64,000 nt of DNA, from contig CAVXLD010000012.1 of NCBI GenBank assembly GCA_963762565.1, forward strand, positions 320,001 to 384,000. The letters are read 5' to 3'. Positions within the stretch are counted from its first letter, which is position 1; every line of letters begins with the position of its first letter. The position numbers were made by a program, and so were the translations under genes. The DNA is from an uncultured Verrucomicrobiae bacterium (lineage in GTDB: Bacteria; Verrucomicrobiota; Verrucomicrobiia; Chthoniobacterales; JAFAMB01). Shown piece after piece: positions 30,228 through 41,132 of the stretch. The notes under the pieces were generated by a model that ran no database searches, was not told where the DNA came from, and worked only from the letters and a program-made list of their open reading frames with translations.

Positions 30228-32270
30228 ATGGATCCACTAGATGCCACTATCGACGAACTCGACTGGCTCCCATCGCCGATGGTGCGCCCGTTGAAACGGT
30301 TTGGGATCAACACGTGGCGTGATCTATTGGAGCACTATGCTAGACGGCATGAAGACCGGGCCGAATTCAGTCGCTTTCCTACGAGCAGCTCCGATAAACC
30401 GATCTGTGTTCGGGGCATTGTGCAAAAGGTGACTTCACGTTATTTCTCGGGCCGAAGTATTGTGGAAGCGACTTTGGATGAGGGAGAACACGGAGCCTTG
30501 AGCGGACGAATCGTATGTCGCTGGTTTAATCAACACTATGTCCAAAAGATGTTGGCGGCCGGTCAGACTTTGGTTGTGTTCGGGCGTCCCAAAGAGAGCC
30601 GGAGCCGGATCTATTTCGACCATCCTGAATTCGAGATTGTCGAGGAAGAGGAAGAGAATTTGATTCATATGAACCGGATTACTCCGGTCTACCCGCTGAC
30701 GGAAGGCCTACGGCAGCGGCCGTTGCGAACTTTGATTTACTTGGCCGTTGTCCGCCTCGAAGAGATCGAAGATCGACCGATTCTACCAGGGTATGTGGCT
30801 TCGTTCCGGGAAGCGATCAGTCAAATCCACTTCCCTGACTCGTGGGCGAAATTAGAGCGTTCCCGAAAAACGTTGGCTTTGGCGGAACTGGTCGGTATTC
30901 AGATCGTGGTTGAAAATCGGCGCAGAAGTATTGTTAGCCAGCCCGGCCACTCGCATTCCGGTTCAGGTAGGCGAGTCAAACAATTCCTTGATTTACTGCC
31001 TTTCGAGCCGACTGCGGCGCAAAAACGCACTATTGAGGAGATCCGCTCCGATTTGGCGGTCCATCGCCCAATGGCAAGGCTATTGCACGGCGACGTTGGC
31101 GCGGGCAAAACCGTGGTAGCGACTGCCGCAATGTTGGAAGTGGCGGAGGCAGGATTTCAAAGCGTGTTGATGGCGCCGACCCAAGTCTTGGCCGAACAGC
31201 ACTACCAGACTCTCAAGACTTGGCTGGAACCGATGGGAATCCGGATTGCTTTGAGGACAGGCCCACGAAAGGAAGATGCGTTTTTGCAGCTCCAAGGCGA
31301 CCCCGAGGTGATCGTTGGCACCCATGCTCTTCTTTACGAGAGCGAGTCGTTTCCTCGACTCGGATTGGTGGTGATCGATGAGCAACATAAATTTGGCGTT
31401 CTGCAGAGAAGCCGTCTGCTTCAGCGCGAGCCGGTACCCGATCTGCTGGTAATGACCGCAACGCCCATTCCTCGGACGCTAGCCATGACGCTCTACGGCG
31501 ATCTTGATGTCTCAACTTTGGACGAGAAACCGATCAACCGAAAACCCGTGATCACAGGAGTACGTTCTTCTGAGAAGCTCCCCGAAGCCGCTAAATTCCT
31601 GAGAGAACGGCTGGAGGCAAACCGCCAGGCTTACATTGTTTATCCAGTCATCGAGGAATCAGACTCACTGAGCGTGAAAGCGGCCACCACTGAGTTCAAT
31701 CGCTGGGTGGATTTGCTGAAGCCGGCTGCTTGCGGGCTCTTGCATGGCAGGTTGGCGCCGGACGAACGGGAGAGCGTGATGGAACGCTTTCGCCAGGGTG
31801 AAATCCGTGTGCTGATAGCGACTACTGTTATCGAGGTCGGGGTCGACGTGCCAAACGCGACAGTGATGCTGATTGAGAATGCGGAACGATTTGGCCTAGC
31901 GCAATTGCACCAACTTCGAGGGCGGATCGGCCGTGGTAACCACCAGAGCTATTGCATCTTGATGACGGATACCAAGGATCCGCTGGCTTTGGCTAAGCTA
32001 TCGGTTTTGGAGGAAACTAATGACGGGTTTGCCATAGCGGAGGCCGATCTTAGATTTCGTGGCCCGGGCGACCTGTTGGGGACCGCTCAAAGCGGCCTTC
32101 CTCCGCTGCGAGTGGCCGACCTTCTCCAGGATGCCGACCTCCTGGACGAAGCCCGGGGGATCGCCCGCTCGATATTGGACCTTGACCCGGAACTGCAATC
32201 AGCTGGAAATCAGCGTTTCTTGCGTATCGTAAATGAGAGTACAAAAAGGGGGACCACCTTAGCCAGCTAG
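30228..32270 (+). CDS. recG: ATP-dependent DNA helicase RecG
   Basis: GDVGAGKT, DEQHKFGV, MTATPIPRTL, AERFGLAQLHQLRGRIGRG, RGPGD. Confidence 0.96.
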   Translation: MDPLDATIDELDWLPSPMVRPLKRFGINTWRDLLEHYARRHEDRAEFSRFPTSSSDKPICVRGIVQKVTSRYFSGRSIVEATLDEGEHGALSGRIVCRWFNQHYVQKMLAAGQTLVVFGRPKESRSRIYFDHPEFEIVEEEEENLIHMNRITPVYPLTEGLRQRPLRTLIYLAVVRLEEIEDRPILPGYVASFREAISQIHFPDSWAKLERSRKTLALAELVGIQIVVENRRRSIVSQPGHSHSGSGRRVKQFLDLLPFEPTAAQKRTIEEIRSDLAVHRPMARLLHGDVGAGKTVVATAAMLEVAEAGFQSVLMAPTQVLAEQHYQTLKTWLEPMGIRIALRTGPRKEDAFLQLQGDPEVIVGTHALLYESESFPRLGLVVIDEQHKFGVLQRSRLLQREPVPDLLVMTATPIPRTLAMTLYGDLDVSTLDEKPINRKPVITGVRSSEKLPEAAKFLRERLEANRQAYIVYPVIEESDSLSVKAATTEFNRWVDLLKPAACGLLHGRLAPDERESVMERFRQGEIRVLIATTVIEVGVDVPNATVMLIENAERFGLAQLHQLRGRIGRGNHQSYCILMTDTKDPLALAKLSVLEETNDGFAIAEADLRFRGPGDLLGTAQSGLPPLRVADLLQDADLLDEARGIARSILDLDPELQSAGNQRFLRIVNESTKRGTTLAS

Positions 32271-32282
32271 AGTAGGATTAGC

Positions 32283-33767
32283 ATGAAGAGCTTTTTGAAG
32301 TTTCTTGTCTTCGTTCTCTTTCTGGCGCTGGCCATCTCGTTGATCTACGTGTGGCAGACGAAAGCCCCAGGGGTAGGCCAGGCTAAGCCCGAGAAGTTCA
32401 CTCCGGCTGAAGGGCCGAAGGTCGACCTAGGCTCAGTCGATATCCTCCAACGTCTAAACGAGGAGTACACCAAGCTCTTCGGTGCGGTTGTGCCCAGCGT
32501 GGTGAGCATCACCACAACTAAAACCGTTCAACGAACTCCCGATCCTTTTGAGTTCTTCTTTGGGTTTCCCAATAGCCGATCATCGGGACGGGAAAGAGTC
32601 ACTTCCTTAGGATCCGGGTTCGTCGTTTCCAAGGAGGGACACATTGTGACCAATTATCACGTGGTCCAGGGAACGGACGATATTTTGGTGGAACTAAACG
32701 ACGGGCGGCAGGCCAAAGCGACTGTGGTCGGTAGCGATCAACAGGTTGATGTAGCGGTTTTAAAAATCAATCTGCCTAACCTGACGCCGCTTCCCCTGGC
32801 TGACTCCGATCTGGTCAAGGTCGGCCAGATCGTTTTCGCGATTGGCAATCCGTTTGGTCTCCGTGAAAGCGTGAGCCAAGGTATTATCAGCGCTCGTGAT
32901 CGCCGAGGGATTAGCGATAGCTCCGTCGAGTTTTTCCAAACCGATACTGCGATTAATCCCGGCAATTCCGGTGGTCCGTTGGTCGACATCAAGGGAGAGG
33001 TCGTAGGAATCAATTCGGTGATCTATTCGGAGTCGGGTGGGAACCAGGGGGTCGGATTCGCGATCCCGTCCAACCTGGTGCGGCGCACGCTCAAGAGCAT
33101 TATCGAGAAAGGACGAGTCGTAAGGAGCTATCTGGGCGTCTCTGTACAGCAGGTGACGAATGACCAGGCCGAGCAATTCAAACTAGACCCGCCAATCGGC
33201 ACCGTGGTGATCGACGTTGAACCCGGCTCACCCGCTGAGAAGGCTGGTATTATCCGGGGAGATATTATCCAGAAGATTAATGGTCACGAAGTAAGAGACG
33301 CGGCCGCCGTGGGGAATCGGATAGCGGAGACCGATATCGGTTCGACCGTCACGATCGACCTAGTAAGAGAAGGTCAGCCCAAAACGGTTACCGCTCAGAT
33401 CGTTGAGCAACCGGCGCAGGTTGGAACCCGGCTTGGTCGCAATCGTTCTAACGGTCGAAATAACAACAACAACCAGGGTGCAAAAGCGTTCGCCGGGGTT
33501 GAGGTTCGGACCCTCGATTCCCAACTGCGTTCCGAGGCGAACATACCCGACGATACTCAGGGTGTATTTGTGATGAGCGTCGATCCGTCCTCCAAACTTT
33601 CCCAGGAATTGCAAGCCGGCGATGTCATCCAGGCAATCAACAACCAGCCGATCGCCAGCGCCGAAGATTTCCAGAAAATTGCTCAACAACTCGACCCCAA
33701 TCGACCAGTGATCCTGGTGCTTGACCGAGACGGCCAGCAATCTTTCATCGTCGTCCAGCCGGGCTAA
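32283..33767 (+). CDS. HtrA/DegP-family serine protease with two PDZ domains
   Basis: LGSGF, TNYHVV, QTDTAINPGNSGGPL. Confidence 0.95.
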   Translation: MKSFLKFLVFVLFLALAISLIYVWQTKAPGVGQAKPEKFTPAEGPKVDLGSVDILQRLNEEYTKLFGAVVPSVVSITTTKTVQRTPDPFEFFFGFPNSRSSGRERVTSLGSGFVVSKEGHIVTNYHVVQGTDDILVELNDGRQAKATVVGSDQQVDVAVLKINLPNLTPLPLADSDLVKVGQIVFAIGNPFGLRESVSQGIISARDRRGISDSSVEFFQTDTAINPGNSGGPLVDIKGEVVGINSVIYSESGGNQGVGFAIPSNLVRRTLKSIIEKGRVVRSYLGVSVQQVTNDQAEQFKLDPPIGTVVIDVEPGSPAEKAGIIRGDIIQKINGHEVRDAAAVGNRIAETDIGSTVTIDLVREGQPKTVTAQIVEQPAQVGTRLGRNRSNGRNNNNNQGAKAFAGVEVRTLDSQLRSEANIPDDTQGVFVMSVDPSSKLSQELQAGDVIQAINNQPIASAEDFQKIAQQLDPNRPVILVLDRDGQQSFIVVQPG

Positions 33768-34000
33768 GGCCCGCGGGGCCTCCCGCGGTCCTATTACAAA
33801 TGACAAATGACAGATGACAAATGTAGGGTCCGGGAGCTAGATGCCGTGCTCCAACCCCTAGAGCCGCAGCGTCTCCTAAACGTCAAATTTGTCATCTGTC
33901 ATTTGTCATCTCGGCCTAAAGTTGCTGCCATCGGAATCGACAATGTCGTCGATTTCGATGGCAGCAACTTTAGGCCGAGCTACGGTGTTTTGTAGATAGT

Positions 34001-34210
34001 ATGAGTCAAGGTTCTGCTGGTAATGTTCTTGCGGCTGTATGCAGCTTTATTATCCCTGGGCTCGGGCAACTGACCCAAGGTAGACTTTTAGCCGCGCTAT
34101 TATGCTTTCTCGGGAGTGGACTCCTCTGGGTAATCACGTTCGGATGGCTGGGGTGGCTCGGACACGTTCTATCCTGTTTCGATGCTGCAGTTTGGCGCCC
34201 GCGGAGGTAG
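34001..34210 (+). CDS. Small membrane protein
   Basis: GNVLAAVCSFIIPGLGQL motif, hydrophobic. Confidence 0.7.
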   Translation: MSQGSAGNVLAAVCSFIIPGLGQLTQGRLLAALLCFLGSGLLWVITFGWLGWLGHVLSCFDAAVWRPRR

Positions 34211-34248
34211 GAGTGGCAGGGGGTGGTAGCGTGGTCGGGGTGGCGCGA

Positions 34249-34660
34249 AGTAATCAGTGAGACAGTAATCAGTTCTAGGAGCTAGGAGGGGTTGTCGTCG
34301 CATGGCCCAGGACTGGAGGGGAGCCGCTATGTCGCTAGATAGCTCTGCCAGTTGGCAGCAGGCGGCTCCCGGGAATTTCTCAAGGCGTCGCAGTTCTATT
34401 GGCAGCGTTTTAATCGATTGAGATCGGAAGGCAGCCGATCGGTAATCGCATCCCGCGGGGTTATTCGCGGGAGCCGCTTGCTGCGATGCCGATAGAACTG
34501 CCGAATTGCAAAGCGGCTCCCCTCCGGGCGCCGCGCCTGGATGCCGTCCGGTTGTTCTTTGCGGCGGGAACGAGTCCTGCGGGAGCGCCCCTCCTAGCTC
34601 CTAGATTCTAGCTCCTCGCTCCTTACCCTGATTACTGTTTTACTGATCACCGATTACTGA
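34249..34660. repeat. Nested repeat: CAGTAAT/ATTACTG arms > AGGAGCT/AGCTCCT arms > family E core
   Basis: Three concentric inverted pairs. Confidence 0.75.
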
Positions 34661-34678
34661 ATCGTTGAGGTCCCCAAC

Positions 34679-35752
34679 ATGCAAAAGCTCCACTATCCGC
34701 CCCCTGGTTCGGCGCCCACGGCTGTGACTGTCCCCCCCGGATCGGAAAGCCATCCAACCCAAATCAAACTCATCGAATACGACGCTCACTCTTTCGTGGA
34801 GAAACAGGTGGGTGCAGTGGGCGAGCTCTTGGATTCGCTCGAAAACCAAAAGGTTACCTGGGTAAATGTTGAGGGATTAGGTTCGGTAGACCTGATCCAA
34901 GAGATCGGACGGCTTTTCCAGATCCATCCTCTCGCCATTACGGATATTTTGACTCTTGGCCAGCGGCCGCACGTGGACGCTTACGATCGGCAGATTTTTC
35001 TGTTGCTGCAGATGGTCTACCACGACCAGGAGCTGGAGCTGGTGTTTGCACAGCTCAGTATCCTTATCGGCGAACGCTTTGTGCTTACCTTTCAGGAGGA
35101 GCCAGGCCACGATGTATTTGAGCCGGTACGCAGCCGCCTTCGGGAAGGCGCCGGTAACGCGCGGTTTCTTCGCAATGATTATCTGGCTTATACCCTGATT
35201 GATACCGTCATCGATCATTATTTCCCGGCGGTGGAGAACATTGGTGAAGCGATCGAAGGATTGGAGGAGACACTTCTGGAAAAACCGACCCGGGAGAATC
35301 TCCGGCAAGTGCACGAAATCCGGGGCGCTTTAGCCGTGTTGCGGCGCGCTGTCTGGCCGCAACGCGATGCCCTATTGCGGTTGTGGCATGACGAAAGCGG
35401 CCTGCTTTCCGACCGGACCAAACCGTTTATCCGCGACACCTACGATCATGCGCTGGCGCTGATTGATCTTCTGGAAAGCTATCGGGACGCCACTGTGAAT
35501 TTCATGGAGCTTTACATTTCCGGCGTCACTATGCGCACAAACGAGATCGTCCGGGTTTTGACTGTGATCTCCGCGATCTTCATCCCTCTAACTTTCATTG
35601 CTGGAGTGTACGGGATGAATTTTGACCGGAGTCGCAGTGTATTAAACATGCCGGAACTCGGGTCTCCGATTGGTTATCCGGCCGTTCTGTTACTGATGGC
35701 TGCCGTCGCCGGCTCTATGGTGTTGTATTTTAAGCGGAAACACTGGCTGTAG
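34679..35752 (+). CDS. corA: Magnesium/cobalt transporter CorA
   Basis: PPGSAP N-terminus and PLTFIAGVYGMNF...MPEL signature. Confidence 0.95.
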   Translation: MQKLHYPPPGSAPTAVTVPPGSESHPTQIKLIEYDAHSFVEKQVGAVGELLDSLENQKVTWVNVEGLGSVDLIQEIGRLFQIHPLAITDILTLGQRPHVDAYDRQIFLLLQMVYHDQELELVFAQLSILIGERFVLTFQEEPGHDVFEPVRSRLREGAGNARFLRNDYLAYTLIDTVIDHYFPAVENIGEAIEGLEETLLEKPTRENLRQVHEIRGALAVLRRAVWPQRDALLRLWHDESGLLSDRTKPFIRDTYDHALALIDLLESYRDATVNFMELYISGVTMRTNEIVRVLTVISAIFIPLTFIAGVYGMNFDRSRSVLNMPELGSPIGYPAVLLLMAAVAGSMVLYFKRKHWL

Positions 35753-35782
35753 GGGGAGCGTGCCGGCGTATCGGCGTCATGA

Positions 35783-35903
35783 GGGGAGGGCGCGCGTCCC
35801 CGCGCGCCGTGGAACAGGTCTGCTTCGGTGAAATAGCCCGGCACTTCGATCGGGCCTATAAGGGGCTTCGGTCACAGCGGATCGCGGGGACGCGCTCCCT
35901 CCC
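35783..35903. repeat. Family A element
   Basis: GGGAGGGCGCGCGTCCCCGCGCGCC ... GGATCGCGGGGACGCGCTCCCTCCC. Confidence 0.8.
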
Positions 35904-36298
35904 CACCCAGGGGGCTGACCGTTCCCGGGGGCCCTCCTCAGTGAGCTTTCTGCTCGCTTCTGGGCGTCTTACCCGTTATTCAATTAGAACGTAGCCCGAG
36001 AAGGGTGCTGGCGGCTGGTGGACCCATGGTCTTCCGGTGCTGGCCCGGCGAGCATGGTTTGAGTGCCTTAACCGGTGCTTACCAATCGGCGGAGCTCTTC
36101 TCTAATGTTGAAACACGGAAAATATGCCCAGGCCCGGATGGCTAGCGATAGAACGGTTTGCTGATTCGGCGAATCTCAACCTCGCCACGGCTTTTCGTTG
36201 GCCGGAAGGCAATGACCCGTAAACTATCAAAAGCAGATTAACCAACGCCGGAAGTCTGTCGGCAGCCAAACCGAACCTCTCCATTCCAACCAAACACT

Positions 36299-36550
36299 AT
36301 GTTACACTTCCTTTGGTATATCATAATCGGCTTCATAGCTGGTTTCATCGCAAAATCGGTTATGCACGTTCCAGCGAACTGGATCGCATGTATCATCATC
36401 GGCCTAATCGGATCGATCGTTGGAGGTCTCGTTGCGAGATTGTTCTCCAAACCCGCGGACGGGTCGCCCATTCATCCTGCTGGTCTCATTCTCTCGATTA
36501 TTGGGGCAATTGTCATTTTGTGGGTCGGCGAGCTCGTCCACATCATCTAG
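36299..36550 (+). CDS. GlsB/YeaQ/YmgE family stress-response membrane protein
   Basis: WYIIIGFIAGFIAK...GLIGSIVGG...SIIGAIVIL. Confidence 0.85.
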   Translation: MLHFLWYIIIGFIAGFIAKSVMHVPANWIACIIIGLIGSIVGGLVARLFSKPADGSPIHPAGLILSIIGAIVILWVGELVHII

Positions 36551-36656
36551 TTTAGGCGGTTTGCTTTACCACTGCGGCCGCAGTTCCGAGCGGCCGCAGC
36601 GCTGAGTCGCCCGGTCGCCTTGTCGCTTTGTCGCCTTAGGCTCCTCAGCGAATAAT

Positions 36657-36754
36657 CAATAGCCGATAGCCAATAGCCGACAGCCGGTGGCTCTGAAACA
36701 GGGACTCAGTCTTCTTTAAAAAATATTGGCTATCGACTATTGGCCATTGGCTAT
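36657..36754. repeat. Heptamer-arm element (ATAGCCR / TGGCTAT)
   Basis: AATAGCCGATAGCCAATAGCCG ... TTGGCTATCGACTATTGGCCATTGGCTAT. Confidence 0.65.
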
Positions 36755-36831
36755 GCCGAACGAGCCTCAGCGAACGAGGCCCAATTTTGCGCTTGCGAAT
36801 CACGGGTCAGAGCATACTTTACGGGCTCCTT

Positions 36832-37041
36832 ATGCCAAAACCGATCTCTCGACGTAAGACGAAAAAGGCGGTAGCCAAGCGCTTTAAAGTGACTGGCACC
36901 GGGAAAGTCCTGCGTAGCCAAGCGGGCCGGCGGCATTTGCTCCAATCCAAGAGCGCCAAGCGGAAACGTCATCTCGCTAAAACTGCGGTCTTGGATCGGA
37001 CAGACGAGGCAAGGATTAAAGAGAATCTTCCTTTTGCTTAA
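36832..37041 (+). CDS. rpmI: 50S ribosomal protein L35
   Basis: KTKKAVAKRFKVTGTGK...HLL..KS.KRKR. Confidence 0.95.
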   Translation: MPKPISRRKTKKAVAKRFKVTGTGKVLRSQAGRRHLLQSKSAKRKRHLAKTAVLDRTDEARIKENLPFA

Positions 37042-37195
37042 CCGCGAAAGAAAGTCTCGCCGCGCGTAGTGACACGGCGGCGGGAGCTGTTGCCCACCTA
37101 CCGAAACTATTTCGGAGACTGACAGGCGAGGTCGGGGGACAGTTGACAATAACAACTGCCTGTCTATGAGGCGCCCGAAACCCGGGCGATAGTGA

Positions 37196-37567
37196 ATGCC
37201 GAGAGCAACCAACGCTCCAGCTAGTAGAGAACGCCGTAAACGAGTCCTGGATAAAGCCAAAGGCTACCGGGGACGGCGCTCCAAACTTTTCCGGTACGCT
37301 AAAGACGCGACCAGGAAGGCCCAGTATTGGGCCTACCGGGACAGAAAAACGCGGAAGCGAAATTTTCGCAATCTGTGGATTCAGCGAATTAATGCAGCTT
37401 GCCGCGACCAGGGAACGACCTATAGCCGGTTCATAGAGGGGCTGGCTGCTGCCAACATCGCGGTTGACCGAAAAACTTTGGCCGATCTCGCCGTGCAGGA
37501 CCCGGCCGCGTTTAAGTCGATTTTCGATCGGGCGGCTGAGGCGCTGCAGAAAAAGCACGCAGCCTAA
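37196..37567 (+). CDS. rplT: 50S ribosomal protein L20
   Basis: AKGYRG, AYRDRK..KR.FR.LWI.RINAA, YSRFI.GL, DRKTLADLA. Confidence 0.97.
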   Translation: MPRATNAPASRERRKRVLDKAKGYRGRRSKLFRYAKDATRKAQYWAYRDRKTRKRNFRNLWIQRINAACRDQGTTYSRFIEGLAAANIAVDRKTLADLAVQDPAAFKSIFDRAAEALQKKHAA

Positions 37568-37657
37568 GCGCGAATTGCGCCCAATCGCATGGGCGCCGAT
37601 TACTGTGCTAGGGTTCAATAGTCGTGGCGCCCATTCGATTTGGGCGCAATTCGCGCT
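37567..37657. repeat. Long near-perfect hairpin between rplT and pheS
   Basis: AGCGCGAATTGCGCCCAATCGCATGGGCGCC ... GGCGCCCATTCGATTTGGGCGCAATTCGCGCT. Confidence 0.75.
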
Positions 37658-38671
37658 ATGGAAAACGAACTGGTCAAATTCAAGGAAAGTGCTCTAGCGG
37701 AAATCGAAGGAGCTAAGACTCCAATCGAGCTGGATAGTGTCCGCGTTAAGTATCTGGGCCGCGCCGGTCTTATCTCGAAGCTCAGCGAGAGCATGCGGGA
37801 TGTTCCCAAGGAAGAACGGCCCCGGTTAGGGAAGCTGTTGAATGAGGTTCGATTGACGTTGTCAGGGGCTTTCGAAGCCCGGGCTGAGGCGTTCGCTACC
37901 CAGCACGACTTGGCGGCGATTGAGGATATCGACGAAACTTTACCGGGGACACCTCTACGAATCGGCTCGCTTCATCCGCTAACCCAACTCCAAGATCGTG
38001 CTATTCAGGTGTTCCGCCGTTTAGGATTCGCCTTGGCTGCAGGCCCGGACATTGACACAGAGTGGAATTGCTTTGATGCCCTAAATACTCCGCCGAATCA
38101 TCCGGCCCGCAATGAGACCGATACGTTTTATCTTTTTGATGGGCGTTTGCTCCGGACTCACACCTCGACGGTCCAAATCCGTACAATGTTAGCGGTGCCG
38201 CCGCCGGTGAGGGTGATCGCTCCCGGGGCAGCCTATCGCCGGGATGAAATGGATGCCACCCATCTTAGCCAGTTCAATCAGCTCGAAGGTCTTTATATCG
38301 ACAGGAAAGTGACTGTAGCCGACCTGAAAGGCACACTGGAATATTTTGTGCGCGAACTGCTTGGTTCGCAGGTCGAGACTCGGATGCGCCCGCATTTCTT
38401 TCCCTTCACCGAACCGAGTTATGAATTGGACGTTCGCCTTCCCGGGGTCAATGCCGGACGGTGGATGGAACTCCTGGGTTGCGGGATGGTAGATCCAAAC
38501 GTCCTCGAGAAAGTCAACGAAGGAAGGGGCGATCGCGCCTATGATCCGGAAATTTTCTCGGGATATGCATTCGGCATGGGTCTGGACAGATTGGCGATGG
38601 CCCTCTTTGCTTTGCCCGATATCCGTTTGCTGATCGAAAACGATCAACGGTTCTTAGCCCAATTCTCGTAA
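37658..38671 (+). CDS. pheS: Phenylalanine--tRNA ligase alpha subunit
   Basis: HPAR..DTFY, LLRTHTS.VQ, FPFTEPS, GYAFGMGLDR. Confidence 0.97.
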   Translation: MENELVKFKESALAEIEGAKTPIELDSVRVKYLGRAGLISKLSESMRDVPKEERPRLGKLLNEVRLTLSGAFEARAEAFATQHDLAAIEDIDETLPGTPLRIGSLHPLTQLQDRAIQVFRRLGFALAAGPDIDTEWNCFDALNTPPNHPARNETDTFYLFDGRLLRTHTSTVQIRTMLAVPPPVRVIAPGAAYRRDEMDATHLSQFNQLEGLYIDRKVTVADLKGTLEYFVRELLGSQVETRMRPHFFPFTEPSYELDVRLPGVNAGRWMELLGCGMVDPNVLEKVNEGRGDRAYDPEIFSGYAFGMGLDRLAMALFALPDIRLLIENDQRFLAQFS

Positions 38672-41081
38672 TGAAGCTTTCGCTTAACTGGCTCCGAGAG
38701 TACTTGCCGGCGTTAGACCGCTCATCTGAGGAGATCGCGGATGCTCTGACCTTCACCGGAGTTGAGGTCGAAGGTGTCCATGTCCATGGAGCCGGTATTG
38801 AAAAGGTCGTAGTCGCTCAGATTGAATCTTTTCAACCGCATCCCAATGCGGACCGGCTTAGCGTTTGCCGGGTTTGGGACGGTTCCAAGGCACCGAGACA
38901 GATTGTTTGTGGAGCAAAGAATTTTCAGGCCGGAGATAAGGTGCCTTTGGCGTTGCCCGGCGCGGTATTGCCGGATGGGACCAAGATCAAGGCTAGCAAA
39001 CTTCGGGGCGTTGAGTCTGAAGGGATGCTTTGCAGCGAACGAGAACTCGGTTTTTCTGATGAAGCCAGCGGGCTAATGATCCTCGATCCTGGAGCGCCGA
39101 TTGGAGCTGCTTTGGGGGACCTTTTCCCACCTGACACAATTTTTGATCTCAGATAACACCGGATCGGCCGGATCTGTTGAGCTATGTTGGTTTGGCACGT
39201 GAATTAGGCATCATTTTCCAGCTACCCGGTTTTAACCTGCCGGACGCTTCGAGTGCTGGCGTCGCCAAGCCGGTTTCCGATCCCAACCAGGTTCGAATCG
39301 ACGCGCTACAAGCATGCCCATTCGCTGTTTTTCATGAGGTCCGAGACGTTACGGTTGGTCCAAGCCCAGATTGGATGCGTCGTCGGCTCGAAGCCGCCGG
39401 GCTCCGTTCCATCAACAATATTGTCGATGTTACGAACTATGTGATGCTCGAGACAGGGAAGCCGATTCACGCTTACGATTTGAGCAAGCTTGCCTTGCCA
39501 ATCATCATTCGCTTTGCCCGACCCGGAGAAAAGCTGCTTGCCTTGGACGGTAAAACTTACGAGTTGAGCCCACCGCATCTGATTATTGCGGATTCGGCGA
39601 AAGCGATCGGCCTGGGCGGTGTGATGGGCGGAGAAGACACTGGAGTTTCTTCTGGAACGACGACGGTTCTAGTCGAGAGCGCCTATTTCGATCCCGGATT
39701 GACTCGAAGTACCAGCCGGGGATTGGGCTTAATTTCGGATGCGAGTTTTCGATTCGAGAGAGGCGTGGATCCGAAGTCGGTCTTGTTTGCCGCTCAAAGA
39801 GCGGTCCAATTGATTAAAGAGGTCGCCGGTGGTACGGCTTCGACTTCAATTTTGGTGGCCGGGGAAGAGCCAAAGAACGAACGCCAAGTTTTATTCCGGC
39901 CGGAACGCTGCACCGACATTCTCGGCTCAGAAGTGCCCGATGCGACGCTGATTCTTCAGAGAATCGGTCTTGAACCTGCCGCCAAGGATTACTGGAAGAT
40001 TCCCAGCTATCGTCTCGATCTCAGCGCGAGATCGATTTGATCGAAGAAGTGAGCCGGTACTACGGCATCCAGAAGCTTCCCGGTCGCCTGCAAGGAAGCC
40101 CTACGACCAGCTCTCTGATCGATATCGCTCATGATGATGCGATGCTCTGCGCCGTAAACTCGAAGGTCTCGGTCTGGCCGAGGCTCGAACCTTGGTCTTT
40201 CTCGACGAGCCCTCACTGAAGAACGGCCTTGGACCGGTGGGGGAAACGCTGCAATTGCGGAATCCGTTGGCGGAAGATCAACAATGCTCCGCCCGTCTCT
40301 GATACCAGGTTTGTTGCGGGCGGCCAAACGAAACTTGAATGGGGGCGCCCATAGTGTGCCTTGTTCGAACTTGGAAAGGTTTTCGTCCCTATGGACTCGT
40401 CGCGCCATAGTCCCGCGCCCGAGGAGAGGCGGACCTGTCGCGCCGTAGCGAAGCGGAGGCGGAAGAATCGACGAAGCTGGCAATCTTGCTTTCGGGGGAG
40501 AACGCCGTTCCTTCATGGAATCAAACTAGCCGCGGTTACGATTTGTTCGATGCCAAGGGCATTTTGGAGACGGTTTACGGTTCTGGTCTTCAAACCCAGC
40601 GGATTGTTCCAATGATCTCGCCGCCCTAATTTGCGAGCTGGTCTCTAACGGTCGTAGGATCGGATATCTGGGATTGGTCAGGCCGCGTCAAGCACGTGAA
40701 ATGGGGGCAAAAAGCGCGGTGGTCCTTGCTGAGGTCCAATTACCGACCGCAGCAGCTGGTTCGGCTTTCAAGCTCAAGCCGCTTCAGCGATTCCCTGCGG
40801 TTACGCGCGACATCGCTTTCGTGGCGCCGCGGTCGATGCATTGGGGAGAAGTGGTTGCGACACTGAATTCGGCGGAGAATCGTTATTGGTCGATGTCCAG
40901 GTTTTCGATCTTTTTATCGATCCCAGCGGGCAAAAAGTGCCGGCCAATAAAAAATCATTGGCCTGCAGTTTGACTTATCGGCTGCTGATCGGACCTGACC
41001 CAAGATGAAGTAAACGAGGTTCATCAGCGATTGAAGAAACGGTTGGTTGATGAGCTCGGTGTGAATTTACCAGAAGGATAG
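38671..41081 (+). CDS. pheT: Phenylalanine--tRNA ligase beta subunit, broken by several indels (probably sequencing errors)
   Basis: MKLSLNWL, HPNADRL, SINNIVDVTNYVMLE, ASFRFERG, FELGKVF, RFPAVTRDIA occur in successive frames. Confidence 0.9.
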
Positions 41082-41132
41082 TTCTTTAAAAACGTAGACG
41101 CGTTCCGTTCCGCGATGGCGGCGGAAACAACT

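Noticed and set aside
36751..37618. Long antisense ORFs over rpmI/rplT
   Set aside because: Shadows of ribosomal protein genes
38671..41081. pheT as a true pseudogene or programmed frameshift
   Set aside because: Essential gene in its normal operon with many scattered indels; better explained by sequencing error
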